Shown one piece after another: positions 52,751-62,109 of a stretch of DNA of 64,000 nucleotides. Where the stretch lies: positions 40,584 through 104,583 of the forward strand of contig JBIIAT010000003.1 of the NCBI GenBank assembly GCA_044239775.1, written 5' to 3'. Source of the DNA: Rhodoluna sp. GTDB lineage: Bacteria; Actinomycetota; Actinomycetes; Actinomycetales; Microbacteriaceae. The translations under genes and the position numbers were made by a program. Numbering within the stretch: the stretch's first letter is position 1; each line of letters starts with the position of its first letter. Below the pieces are notes generated by a model. It did not search any database and was not told where the DNA came from. It saw nothing but the letters and a program-made list of their open reading frames with translations.

Positions 52751-54067
52751 CTACGTACTCGCCGGTAAGCCGTAGTTCTCCCGGAAGGTTGCGTGCTCAT
52801 ACTCCTTGCGGTATCGACCGCGATTCTGGAGCTCGGAAATAACATCCCTAAAGCGTTCGACTCCAAATGGCTGGACATGAGCGTTTACGTTAAACCCGTC
52901 ACCGACGTTGGTATCCGCCCAGTCCTCGATTGTGTCGGCAATCTGCTCGGGGGTTCCAAAAATGGTGCGCTGCCCTCGAGTGAGATTGTGGTGGACCAGT
53001 TGCTTGACGGTAAAGCCATTGGCCTGCGAAACACCACCGATGTCATTACGGCGGTATTGGATTACCTCGTCATCGGTAGGAATCTTCTCGAATAGCTCCA
53101 CAGGAAGAGGCTTTTGTGGGTCAAGCTCCTCAACCGGAATTCCCACCTGCCCAGCAAGTTGGTTAAGTAAAAAGTTGAGGTCCATTAGCTCGTCAATGTC
53201 TGACTTGAGCTTTCGTGCCTCGGTCTCGCTCTCGGCGACAACGGCGTAAAGCCCAGGTAGCACAATTAGGTGATCTGGGTTACGACCGTAACCCTCCGCA
53301 TATTTTTTGACCTCAGCGTACAACGCTCTGTCCATGTCAATGTTGGGCTGGGAGGTGAACATAGCGTCGGCGTACTTGGAGCCGAACTTACGGCTATGTG
53401 GAGAAACACCGGCTTGGAACAGCAGGGGGCGTTCGCCCTGGTAGCGACCCGTCAGCTGTAGCACCCCCTCGGAACGGAAGTGCTTTCCGCGGAAATCTAT
53501 TGGGTGGGTGAGCGCCGGATCAATATAGACATCGTTGTCCTTGTCAGCTGTGATTGCACTCTTTGGTAGCGAGTCCCACAACCCAGTAACAATCTCGACG
53601 AACTCGGCAGCTTTCTCATACCGCTCGTCTCGATCCAGCTTTACACCTGCAGGCTTTCCTAAAGCCTCTAGAGTCTGATCTTCTTGGCTGGTTACGATGT
53701 TCCATCCTGCTCGACCCTTGCTTACGTGATGCAGGCTCGCAATTGAGCGCGCGACAAAATACGGGTGCCCGTGAAGTGATGCAGCTGTAGAGATAAGTCC
53801 GAGATGCTTGGTGTGCATTGCAATCGCTGCCAAGGTAACGTCAGGGTCCAAGCCCCGGCGTGGCTTGCGAAGAAAACTCTTGCTAAGAACCGCAGGAGTA
53901 TCGGGAAGAAAGATTGCGTCGAACTTTGCATCTTCGGCTAGCTTGGCGTACTTAATCTGATGGTCGATGTCATCGACGAGTATTGTCGGGTCCTCAAATG
54001 TCTTCCAGCCCGCGTCGTGCCTCCCCGAAGTATGAAAGATTAGGTTCAGACGAATCTGCTTTTTCAA
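52751..54067 (-). CDS. NtaA/DmoA/DszA-family FMN-dependent monooxygenase
   Basis: AKLAEDAKFDAIFLPD, SKGRAGWNIVTS, FQAGVS, DGFN and LQNRGRYRKEY...TFRENYGL; SD AGGAGG before a TTG start. Confidence 0.92.
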   Translation of the reverse strand: MKKQIRLNLIFHTSGRHDAGWKTFEDPTILVDDIDHQIKYAKLAEDAKFDAIFLPDTPAVLSKSFLRKPRRGLDPDVTLAAIAMHTKHLGLISTAASLHGHPYFVARSIASLHHVSKGRAGWNIVTSQEDQTLEALGKPAGVKLDRDERYEKAAEFVEIVTGLWDSLPKSAITADKDNDVYIDPALTHPIDFRGKHFRSEGVLQLTGRYQGERPLLFQAGVSPHSRKFGSKYADAMFTSQPNIDMDRALYAEVKKYAEGYGRNPDHLIVLPGLYAVVAESETEARKLKSDIDELMDLNFLLNQLAGQVGIPVEELDPQKPLPVELFEKIPTDDEVIQYRRNDIGGVSQANGFTVKQLVHHNLTRGQRTIFGTPEQIADTIEDWADTNVGDGFNVNAHVQPFGVERFRDVISELQNRGRYRKEYEHATFRENYGLPAST

Positions 54068-54189
54068 ACTGCAAAGCCTCCTGGACGGCGAATGATCAAG
54101 CCAAGTCGGGTGTGCGACTAGCCTACTGTAATCTCTGCCTGCCGCCCCGGATGACCCCTCTAGACTCTGCGGTCGTCTTGGCTTTTTAG

Positions 54190-54540
54190 TTAACCTGGTC
54201 CTGCTCTGGCTCGTGCAGTAAGCACAAACCCGAAAGTTTCCACGCTGGTCTCAATAAAGACCTCTAAACCGACAATTCGACATCGTTCCAGAACTATCTG
54301 GCTATCGCTGGCAATTTCTTTTGCCACAACACATGGATTCCCTGAAGAAACTCCCCTAAGTGCATCCGCAGCAGCTAATGCTATTGATTCGGTTGTTGCC
54401 TGCATTCGAGTAGACGCAAGCATTTGTGTGCCAAAAATAGAGGCGATAGAAAACAAACCAAAAACAAGTATCAGTACCGAAAGAGCAAGAATGGTTCCTG
54501 CACCACGGTCGTGAGCTATTGACCCTGGGCTCTGGCGCAC
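54190..54540 (-). CDS. Rv3654c-family TadE-like protein (intact copy)
   Basis: DRGAGT prepilin-like motif, TM helix, ALAAAD...C...C...ARARAGP. Confidence 0.85.
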   Translation of the reverse strand: MRQSPGSIAHDRGAGTILALSVLILVFGLFSIASIFGTQMLASTRMQATTESIALAAADALRGVSSGNPCVVAKEIASDSQIVLERCRIVGLEVFIETSVETFGFVLTARARAGPG

Positions 54541-54863
54541 TGGGTCTCTAACAGATCAAAAACGTCAATTTCAATTCCAGGTAACACTGCATCAAGACTA
54601 AGGCTGACACAAACCGTGTTCTCAATCTCCGATAACTCAAACTTGACTCGCTCACCGGCTTGAGCAATGAGGTCATCAACTGTTGACATACTCTCTCCAC
54701 GTGCAATTGCTTTGGCAACACTTGAGGCAGCCACGATCAACTGAAGCTTTTGAAGCTGCAGGCTCATTGCCCCAATTGCCAAAGCAATAACCAAAGTAAT
54801 GGCGGGCAGCGTCAACACCAGTTCTGCCGTGACGCTACCCCGGGAAGAACTAGTTCGCGCCAA
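54516..54863 (-). CDS. tadE: TadE-family pseudopilin (Rv3655c-like)
   Basis: RGSVTAELVLTLP prepilin motif (G-x4-E) and hydrophobic helix. Confidence 0.85.
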   Translation of the reverse strand: MARTSSSRGSVTAELVLTLPAITLVIALAIGAMSLQLQKLQLIVAASSVAKAIARGESMSTVDDLIAQAGERVKFELSEIENTVCVSLSLDAVLPGIEIDVFDLLETQCARAQGQ

Positions 54864-55014
54864 AGCTTAGGGCGGAGCGAACCAGGTCAAACAATATGGC
54901 CTTTACTTCATCACTTCGCATAATCACCACCAGTAGCCCTGCAAAACCGACTGCAGCCATAGTGGCTATTGCATACTCCGCGGTCGCGGCCCCTTGATCA
55001 CTTTTCCAGTTCAT
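54850..55014 (-). CDS. Flp-type pilin, DUF4244 family (not in ORF track)
   Basis: MNWKSDQGAATAEYAIATMAAVGFAGLLVVIMRSDEVKAILFDLVRSALSFGAN, with the G-x4-EY Flp motif and SD AAGGAAAGGA. Confidence 0.9.
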   Translation of the reverse strand: MNWKSDQGAATAEYAIATMAAVGFAGLLVVIMRSDEVKAILFDLVRSALSFGAN

Positions 55015-55031
55015 GTATTCCTTTCCTTTGG

Positions 55032-55826
55032 TTATGAGCTAAAAAGACCAATTCCAACTGGCACCACCGCCAACAGCACGAAGGCTGGTAAAGCAGCCAG
55101 GCCCAAGGGAATCATTAGTTTTATCTGCAGCCTGGAAATCACTGCTCTATGGTTATTCCACATCCGATATCGAAGCGAGTCAGCCCTTGCCGCTAACAGC
55201 CCAGTAAGTGCTATTCCAGATTGCTCAGATGCTTTCACCGCTTCCCAGAAGATGAGCCATTGCTCAGGAGGGACCTCTTCCAAAAGTGTCTGCGAGAATC
55301 TACTGTTTGCCATAGCAGCGGCACTTTTTGGATTCAGGCCCGCCGAAAGGGCAATGGAAATCGCGTCCAGAAATGCACCTGGATCGAGTTCGCGAGGTTT
55401 TGCTGCCTCCAGCATCCGAAGCGAACTGACTCTGGCAACAATCAAAAGAATGAGCCCAATGCCAACAGACACTGCTCCTAGCGATGTGCTAAATGAGGCA
55501 GCCAATGCCGAAAGCCCGAGGAGCTCGGAGAACAAAACTGCAAGAAGAGGCAAAACCAATATCAAGTTTGCCGTTGCCTTGGGGGATGCGAAAGCTATTT
55601 TCAATTCCGCAAGCTGCCTATTTTGCTGAGCAAAAACCGACGCCAGTCGATCAAGTCCCTTTGCAAGTGCACCCCCAGAATCGGTTGCTACCGTCCAAAT
55701 AAAATCAAACTGTTGCTGTTGAAATCTCGAAAGATTTGCTACTTGAAATTGCTCTCTCGCGTTCCTAGCTGTCGTCCCAGCTCTTAGTAGAGCAGTTAGT
55801 TCCATAACAGCAAGCTCTGCGCTCAT
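55032..55826 (-). CDS. TadB/TadC-like (T2SS F) inner-membrane platform protein, apparently fused
   Basis: Two T2SSF-like halves: LLRAG...SGGALA...PKATA, then LSAG...SGIAL...KLMIPLGLAALPAF. Confidence 0.8.
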   Translation of the reverse strand: MSAELAVMELTALLRAGTTARNAREQFQVANLSRFQQQQFDFIWTVATDSGGALAKGLDRLASVFAQQNRQLAELKIAFASPKATANLILVLPLLAVLFSELLGLSALAASFSTSLGAVSVGIGLILLIVARVSSLRMLEAAKPRELDPGAFLDAISIALSAGLNPKSAAAMANSRFSQTLLEEVPPEQWLIFWEAVKASEQSGIALTGLLAARADSLRYRMWNNHRAVISRLQIKLMIPLGLAALPAFVLLAVVPVGIGLFSS

Positions 55827-56752
55827 GCTAGCGCCAGCTTCTTTTCGGGTTGCTGCTCATAAACTTCCAGCTGGCCGTCCTGGATTCTAAACTTTCCTAT
55901 CCCTGCAACGCTGCGAATTCCATTCACGCAATCAAGTGCAATTACCCAATCAAAGGCTGAAACTACCATTTGCATAAATGCGTTTTCAGAAACGCCAAAG
56001 TTGGCATTTATTGTTGCCAAGCGCTGGGGAACCTGAGCCAAAGAGTTTGCGTGAATTGTGGTTGCACCACGATGACCCGTGTTTAGAGCTTGAAGCATGG
56101 AGATCAGTTCGGGCCCACGAACCTCTCCGACCACCAGGCGATCTGGCCTCATGCGAAGTGACTCTCGAACTAGCTGATCTAAGCTAATCTCCCCCTGGCC
56201 TTCAATATTCTTGGTTCGCGTTTGCAGGCAAATGATGTTTTCGGTTTTCAGTTCGGTAACGTCTTCCACGGCAATCACTCGTTGGTTAGTTTTTGACAGC
56301 ATGGCCTTAAGCAACGTTGTCTTGCCAGAGCCAGTAGCCCCGGCAATTAGGAAGCTATCTCCCGATTCGACAATTTGCAGAATTTGATTGCGCTGTGACC
56401 TCGTAACAAATGGTTCTTGAAGGACTTGATCTAAGTTTTTGACTTTGGAGTTGTGTAATCGGATTGAAATTTGAGTTTGCTCACTGCAGCCAGATTTCAA
56501 GACCGCGTGAACTCTTAAGCCCCCTGGCAGTGATACATCTGCAAACGGATTAGCGTGGTCTAGTCTTCTGCCGCCAAGTTCAATGAGCTCTCGCGCAAGT
56601 AGCTGCAGTTCCGGCTCTGTAAGCAGGTGTTCTTGTTGGCTGCTAAGCCCTTCGCCAAAGTCAATCTGGCAAGTAGCTGAGCTAAGCAGAATGTCCGTAA
56701 CCCTCTGGTTATCAATTAGCTCAAGAAGCCATTCGGGGATCTGGGTTTGCAT
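55823..56752 (-). CDS. tadA: TadA/CpaF pilus assembly ATPase
   Basis: GATGSGKTTLL, ED-TEL, LRMRPDRLVVGEVRG, NTGH and TIHAN. Confidence 0.93.
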   Translation of the reverse strand: MQTQIPEWLLELIDNQRVTDILLSSATCQIDFGEGLSSQQEHLLTEPELQLLARELIELGGRRLDHANPFADVSLPGGLRVHAVLKSGCSEQTQISIRLHNSKVKNLDQVLQEPFVTRSQRNQILQIVESGDSFLIAGATGSGKTTLLKAMLSKTNQRVIAVEDVTELKTENIICLQTRTKNIEGQGEISLDQLVRESLRMRPDRLVVGEVRGPELISMLQALNTGHRGATTIHANSLAQVPQRLATINANFGVSENAFMQMVVSAFDWVIALDCVNGIRSVAGIGKFRIQDGQLEVYEQQPEKKLALA

Positions 56753-56810
56753 CTAACCAAGAATCCGCCATGACGCAGTGAATTGGTGCTCGAGCAGGAA
56801 AATTGTGGAT

Positions 56811-56904
56811 AAATAGGGGGCGGCAGGTTTTGGGGAAAACCTGCCGCCTGGTGATAGCGATTGGGGGAATCTAACTATCACAAGTCGGTAATGAATTACC
56901 GACG
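56811..56904 (-). ncRNA. 6C RNA (actinobacterial C-rich-loop sRNA)
   Basis: Minus strand shows two hairpins with C-run loops (GATT-CCCCC-AATC within a GTGATAG/CTATCAC stem; GGCGGCAGGTTTT-CCCC-AAAACCTGCCGCC). TAGAAT -10 at 56915-56910. Lies upstream of the tad locus, the known 6C position. Confidence 0.8.
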
Positions 56905-56982
56905 CCTATATTCTAGGCACGAAATACGCCAAGCAATCGCTTTTGTGTCATTATTGCGATAGAAGCGAGAAAGAGGATTTTC

Positions 56983-58941
56983 ATGCCTAAAGGCTCGGAT
57001 ATCGAAAACTTACAGCACGAGTCGCGCTCTTTTCCACCCAGCTCTAGCTTTGCTGCTACCGCAGTTGCCAATCAAGACACCTATACCCAGGCAGCCACCG
57101 ACCGCCTTCGATTTTGGGCGGATCGGGCCAGGGAGCTTTACTGGCATAAACCATTCACCAAGACCCTAGATTTTTCTAACCCCCCTTTTGCCAAATGGTT
57201 TGAAGACGGCGAGTTGAATGTTTGCTACAACGCCCTGGATGTTCATGTGCTTGCTGGCCGCGGCGACAAGGTGGCCATTTACTTTGAAGGCGAAAGCGGT
57301 GGCAGTGCTACCTATACATATGCGCAAATTCTAACTGAGGTAAAAAAGGCAGCAAATGCCTTTAGTGCACTTGGTGTCACCAAGGGAGATCGGGTTGCCA
57401 TCTATATGCCGATGGTTCCGGAGGCGGTAATTGCCATGCTGGCAACCGTTCGATTGGGTGCCATCCACTCCGTTATATTCGGAGGATTCTCTGCTGAATC
57501 AATTAGAAGCCGAATCAACGACGCCGAAGCCAAGTTGATTGTTACTGCCGATGGCGGATATAGAAAAGGTAAAGTTTCCCCTTTGAAACCAGCCGTTGAC
57601 GAGGCTTTGGCTGATAAGGCCTGTGAGTCGGTCGAGCACGTGGTTGTTCTAAACCGCGGCGGTAATGAAGTCCAGTGGCAAGAAGGCAGAGATCACTGGT
57701 GGAGCGATGTTGTTGGAAAAGCTTCGGATCAGCATGAAGCAGAAGGGTTTGAAGCTGAGAACCCGCTTTTTATCCTTTACACCTCAGGAACCACGGGAAA
57801 GCCAAAGGGTATTTTGCATACCTCGGGAGGATATCTAACCCAGGCTAGCTTCACCCATAAAGCAGTCTTCGATGTCCATCCAGAAACAGACATTTACTGG
57901 TGCACCGCGGACGTGGGTTGGATTACCGGACATTCATATGTTGTCTATGGTCCGCTAACCAACGGCGTTAGCCAGGTCATATATGAAGGTACCCCTGACA
58001 CCCCAAACTGGGGAAGATGGTGGGAAATCATCGAAAAATACAAGGTCAGCATCTTCTATACCGCACCGACGGCCATTCGAACCTTCATGAAGCACGGCCG
58101 TGAAATTCCAGATAAATACGACCTTGGTTCCCTGCGGGTGCTTGGGTCAGTTGGCGAACCAATTAACCCAGAGGCTTGGATGTGGTACCGAGATGCCATT
58201 GGATCAAATAACTGCCCAATCGTAGACACCTGGTGGCAAACCGAAACCGGGGCAATCATGATTTCGCCACTTCCAGGAGTAACCGCAACTAAACCAGGTT
58301 CTGCCCAAGTCCCGATTCCAGGTATCAGCGTAGAAATCGTAAATGAAGCGGGGCAGAAGATTAGCTCGGGCGGTGGCTACCTAACCGTTACCGAGCCATG
58401 GCCATCCATGCTTCGAGGAATCTGGAAAGACCCAGAAAGATTCAAGGAAACTTACTGGTCGCAGTATCCAGGTAAGTACTTTGCTGGCGATGGAGCCATG
58501 CTAGATGATGATGGCGATATCTGGATTCTTGGTCGAGTCGATGATGTGATGAATGTTTCCGGTCACAGACTCTCAACTTCAGAAATTGAGTCTGCGCTAG
58601 TTTCGCATCCTTTCGTAGCAGAAGCAGCGGTAGTTGGCGCTACCGATGAGACCACGGGTCAGGCGGTTGTGGCATTTGTGATCTTGCGCGCCGATCAAGT
58701 TGCTAAAGCTGGCACTGATTCAGAAGTTGCCACTGTTTTGCGAGAGCACGTTTCCAAACAGATTGGTCCGATAGCCAAGCCAAAACAAATCATGGTGGTT
58801 GCTGAGCTTCCAAAAACCCGCTCAGGAAAGATTATGAGAAGGTTGCTACGCGACGTTGCCGAAGGAAGAGCTATTGGAGATGTCACTACTTTGGCAGATA
58901 CGTCCGTGATGAGCGTTATCGACGGAAAGTTTCACAGCTAG
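56983..58941 (+). CDS. acs: Acetyl-CoA synthetase
   Basis: YTSGTTGKPKG, DTWWQTETG and PKTRSGKIMRR. Confidence 0.97.
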   Translation: MPKGSDIENLQHESRSFPPSSSFAATAVANQDTYTQAATDRLRFWADRARELYWHKPFTKTLDFSNPPFAKWFEDGELNVCYNALDVHVLAGRGDKVAIYFEGESGGSATYTYAQILTEVKKAANAFSALGVTKGDRVAIYMPMVPEAVIAMLATVRLGAIHSVIFGGFSAESIRSRINDAEAKLIVTADGGYRKGKVSPLKPAVDEALADKACESVEHVVVLNRGGNEVQWQEGRDHWWSDVVGKASDQHEAEGFEAENPLFILYTSGTTGKPKGILHTSGGYLTQASFTHKAVFDVHPETDIYWCTADVGWITGHSYVVYGPLTNGVSQVIYEGTPDTPNWGRWWEIIEKYKVSIFYTAPTAIRTFMKHGREIPDKYDLGSLRVLGSVGEPINPEAWMWYRDAIGSNNCPIVDTWWQTETGAIMISPLPGVTATKPGSAQVPIPGISVEIVNEAGQKISSGGGYLTVTEPWPSMLRGIWKDPERFKETYWSQYPGKYFAGDGAMLDDDGDIWILGRVDDVMNVSGHRLSTSEIESALVSHPFVAEAAVVGATDETTGQAVVAFVILRADQVAKAGTDSEVATVLREHVSKQIGPIAKPKQIMVVAELPKTRSGKIMRRLLRDVAEGRAIGDVTTLADTSVMSVIDGKFHS

Positions 58942-58944
58942 GAC

Positions 58945-59406
58945 TTAGCCAACTTCCACGATTAGTTCAATTTCAACCGGAGCATCAAGCGGTAACACCG
59001 CAACCCCGACTGCGCTTCTGGCGTGAATCCCGGCATCTTGGAATACTTCACCCAAGAATTCGCTGGCGCCATTTACTACCCCAGGCTGTCCGGTGAAATC
59101 TGGAGCGGATGCAACAAACCCGACTACTTTTACAACACGCTTTACTTTGTCTAGATCGCCAATTGCCATTTTGATTGCCGCGAGCGCGTTTAAGGCGCAA
59201 ATAGTAGCCAGCTCTTTAGCTCGCTCAGCAGTAACCTCGGAGCCAACTTTTCCAGACTGCACCAGGTTTCCTTCAACCATTGGAAGCTGGCCAGATGTAA
59301 ACACCAGGTTTCCGGTTTGAACTGCAGGGATATATGCCGCTAGCGGCTTCGAGCTAGCTGGAAGGGTGTAGCCAAGCTCGGTAAGCCTTTGCTCAACACT
59401 TGCCAA
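58945..59406 (-). CDS. RidA/YjgF-family protein
   Basis: SGQLP, NGASE and HARSAVGV-LPL-APVEIE. Confidence 0.92.
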   Translation of the reverse strand: MASVEQRLTELGYTLPASSKPLAAYIPAVQTGNLVFTSGQLPMVEGNLVQSGKVGSEVTAERAKELATICALNALAAIKMAIGDLDKVKRVVKVVGFVASAPDFTGQPGVVNGASEFLGEVFQDAGIHARSAVGVAVLPLDAPVEIELIVEVG

Positions 59407-59559
59407 TTAGGGCACCGGTCTTTTGAAATAGGCAACCAGTCCACCTTCTGGACCGGTCACTATTTGGACCAGTTCCCAGCCCTCGGAGCCCCAATTATTT
59501 AGGATTTGGGTGGTGGTGTGGATGATTAGGGGGGTTGTTACGTACTCCCACTTTTGCAT
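59407..59559 (-). CDS. Small DUF4177-like protein
   Basis: MQKWEY...ILNNWGSEGWELV...YFKRP; the ATG at 59559 with SD GAGGAAG is more plausible than the track start. Confidence 0.85.
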   Translation of the reverse strand: MQKWEYVTTPLIIHTTTQILNNWGSEGWELVQIVTGPEGGLVAYFKRPVP

Positions 59560-59628
59560 GGTCAGCTTCCTCTCAGGGTTAGCTAGTAATCTTAAGTCTA
59601 ATGTCATGAAAGGTACGGCTATTGCCCT

Positions 59629-62109
59629 ATGGGTTCCCTTATCGCAAGACTATTTGGCCTAAGCGCTATAGCAGGGCTTCTAACATTTGCTCTTCTGGCT
59701 CCAATGGCGGCAGTAGCTAGCTACGCAACTACCACTGGATTTATGGCATTCAACAGCCTGGCCGAATATATCAAGCCGGTTAATGCCGCTCAAGCCTCCA
59801 CTATCTACGGAAACCTCAATGGCGAGCCTGTGGCGCTTGCAACTTTCTATCACGAAAATCGTGTTTCCATCGACTATGACCAGATGAGCAAAAACATGAT
59901 TAACGCGGTTATTTCTACCGAAGATCCAAGGTTTTTCAAGCACGTGGGCGTTGACATACTCTCTCTTACCAGAGCCACTCTAGGGGTTGCTTCAAGCGGT
60001 CTCTCGGGTCCAGGTGGATCAACAATCACCATGCAATACATTAAGAACTCCCTAATCGAAGCCGCCAACATTGCTGGGGATGAGGAAGCTCTTGAGGCAG
60101 CAACAATTACCACAATCGATAGAAAAATCCGAGAGATTAGATTCGCGATGGCTCTTGAGACCGTCACCTCAAAAGAGGACATCCTTGCTGGCTATCTAAA
60201 CCTTTCATTTTTTGGCAACCAACTCAATGGAATTGAGTCCGCTTCAAATTACTACTTCGGTGTCAAGGCTAAAGACCTAACGGTCCCACAGGCAGCCTTG
60301 CTGACGGCAATGCTTAGAGCGCCAAATGACTACAAGCCAGATGAAGAGAAAAATCTTCCGGATGCCAAGATTCGCCGTGATTACGTTATTAACAACATGC
60401 GCGATGAAGGATTTCTAACTTCGGCCGAGGCCGAAGCCTACAAAAAAGAGCCCGTTGTCGCCAACATTACCCCGACCGCAACTGGCTGTGAAGCGAACCA
60501 GTCAACTTCCTACTTTTGTGACTACGTAGTTTGGACAATTAGAAATTCTCCGGAATTTGGAGAAACCCGTGAAGACCGAGAGATGCTACTTCGCCGTGGT
60601 GGACTTGAGATTTACACCTCTATGGATCTTGCATTACAAAACACAACAGACGAGGTTGTCAAACGAGAGGTTCCCGTGGATAACCAGTGGGCACTCGGAG
60701 CAGCATCAGTTTCTGTGGAGGTTTCAACTGGTCGTGTTTTAGCGATGAGCCAAAATCGAGTCTTCAGTCAAATCACCGACGAGGACCCAACAACTACCAG
60801 CGTCAACTACTCCACAGACAAAGCCACCGGCGGCTCCTCGGGTTTTCAGACAGGATCGACTTACAAGGTCTTTGTGCTAGCCGAGTGGCTTTCCAAGGGG
60901 TTCTTACTGGGTGACCGTGTTGACGCTCGCAATAAATCCTGGCAAGAGAGAGAATTCAAGGCTAAATGTGGTGGCCTAGGTGGCGGCGATTGGGAGCCAG
61001 GAAACTTCGGTGGAGGGGACTTTGTTAATGAAAATATCCTAAGCGCCACGGCCTCTTCTATCAACACCGCTTATGTCAATATGGCGGCGCAACTTGATCT
61101 TTGTGACATTAGAGACATGGCAGAGCGTTTTGGCATAAAAAGATCAGACGGTAATCCACTGTTATACGTTCCCTCTTCTGTTCTTGGAGTAAACGAGCTT
61201 TCACCACTTTCGATGGCAGGAGCGATGGCCGGTTTCGCAAACAACGGAATCTACTGCACCCCAATTGCCATCGATAAGGCGGTGGTTCGAGCTACTGGAG
61301 AAGAATTAAAAGTCCCTGTGTCTGAATGCACCAGAGCAGTAAGCTCTGAAGTCGCGGCGGCAGTGACATATGCTCTAGAACGTGTTATCACGGGTGGAAC
61401 TGGAACCAGATCAAGAATCAATGATGGAGTTCCAATTGCTGGAAAAACTGGTACTACAGATGAGACCATTCAGTCCTGGATGACTGGATATTCCTCTAAG
61501 GTTTCCACTGCAACTTGGGTTGGAAATGTTGTAGGTAAGCAAAGCCTTAACCGAACCTCAATCCAGGGCGTTCCCGGAAACTCGGTTAGGCATGACATTT
61601 GGCGCCAAATCATGGCCCAGGCTAACGCCACCTATGGAGGAGACTCCTTCACTCCAGCATCGTCTTTGTACCTGGGAGCCACTACCGTTACCATGCCTGC
61701 GATCAATGCACTGCTACCAGAGGTAGCCGAGACCGTCTTGAAAGGAGCTGGTCTCTCCGTTGAAGTTGCAGATACCACCGTTCCTTCACCAAACGCTCCA
61801 GGAAGTATCGCCTACGCCAACTTTGACGAGGGATCGACGGTCATTCGTGGTTCGTTGGTTACCTTGTTTGTCAGTAAAGGTGGCATGAAAGCTATTCCTA
61901 ACGTTGCAGGAAAAACTGTAGCCGAGGCAAGAAGCGTTTTGAGTAGCGCAGGATTCCTAGGAGTGGCTGAACCACAGGAAAGCCAACCGGAATACTTCGT
62001 GTGTTCAATTGATGTACCTGAGGATTATGTAGTTGGGACTTTCCCTGAATCCGGGAGATTTGTTGAGCTAATTTCGGGAATTATTCTGCGAATAAGCAGG
62101 TGTCCATAA
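59629..62109 (+). CDS. ponA: Class A penicillin-binding protein (transglycosylase/transpeptidase, PASTA)
   Basis: EDPRF, GGSTITMQYIKN, RKIRE, STYK, SIN and GKTGT, with C-terminal PASTA-like domains. Confidence 0.95.
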   Translation: MGSLIARLFGLSAIAGLLTFALLAPMAAVASYATTTGFMAFNSLAEYIKPVNAAQASTIYGNLNGEPVALATFYHENRVSIDYDQMSKNMINAVISTEDPRFFKHVGVDILSLTRATLGVASSGLSGPGGSTITMQYIKNSLIEAANIAGDEEALEAATITTIDRKIREIRFAMALETVTSKEDILAGYLNLSFFGNQLNGIESASNYYFGVKAKDLTVPQAALLTAMLRAPNDYKPDEEKNLPDAKIRRDYVINNMRDEGFLTSAEAEAYKKEPVVANITPTATGCEANQSTSYFCDYVVWTIRNSPEFGETREDREMLLRRGGLEIYTSMDLALQNTTDEVVKREVPVDNQWALGAASVSVEVSTGRVLAMSQNRVFSQITDEDPTTTSVNYSTDKATGGSSGFQTGSTYKVFVLAEWLSKGFLLGDRVDARNKSWQEREFKAKCGGLGGGDWEPGNFGGGDFVNENILSATASSINTAYVNMAAQLDLCDIRDMAERFGIKRSDGNPLLYVPSSVLGVNELSPLSMAGAMAGFANNGIYCTPIAIDKAVVRATGEELKVPVSECTRAVSSEVAAAVTYALERVITGGTGTRSRINDGVPIAGKTGTTDETIQSWMTGYSSKVSTATWVGNVVGKQSLNRTSIQGVPGNSVRHDIWRQIMAQANATYGGDSFTPASSLYLGATTVTMPAINALLPEVAETVLKGAGLSVEVADTTVPSPNAPGSIAYANFDEGSTVIRGSLVTLFVSKGGMKAIPNVAGKTVAEARSVLSSAGFLGVAEPQESQPEYFVCSIDVPEDYVVGTFPESGRFVELISGIILRISRCP

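Larger units (their letters stand above)
52352..54518. repeat. Diverged ~330-bp direct repeat (52352-52682 and 54190-54518) flanking a monooxygenase gene
   Basis: A 56-nt identical tract at 52371-52426 equals 54209-54264, with further long identical tracts; divergence rises toward the gene's 5' end. Confidence 0.92.

Noticed and set aside
54068-54170. Possible TPP or SAM-IV riboswitch upstream of the monooxygenase
   Set aside because: It has CAGAGA instead of CTGAGA and lacks the rest of the TPP core; the SAM-IV-like words are on the wrong strand. Kept only as an unclassified leader.
56819-56848. Strong hairpin read as an ordinary terminator or REP element
   Set aside because: It lies between divergent genes and is one of tandem C-loop hairpins, better explained as part of the 6C RNA.
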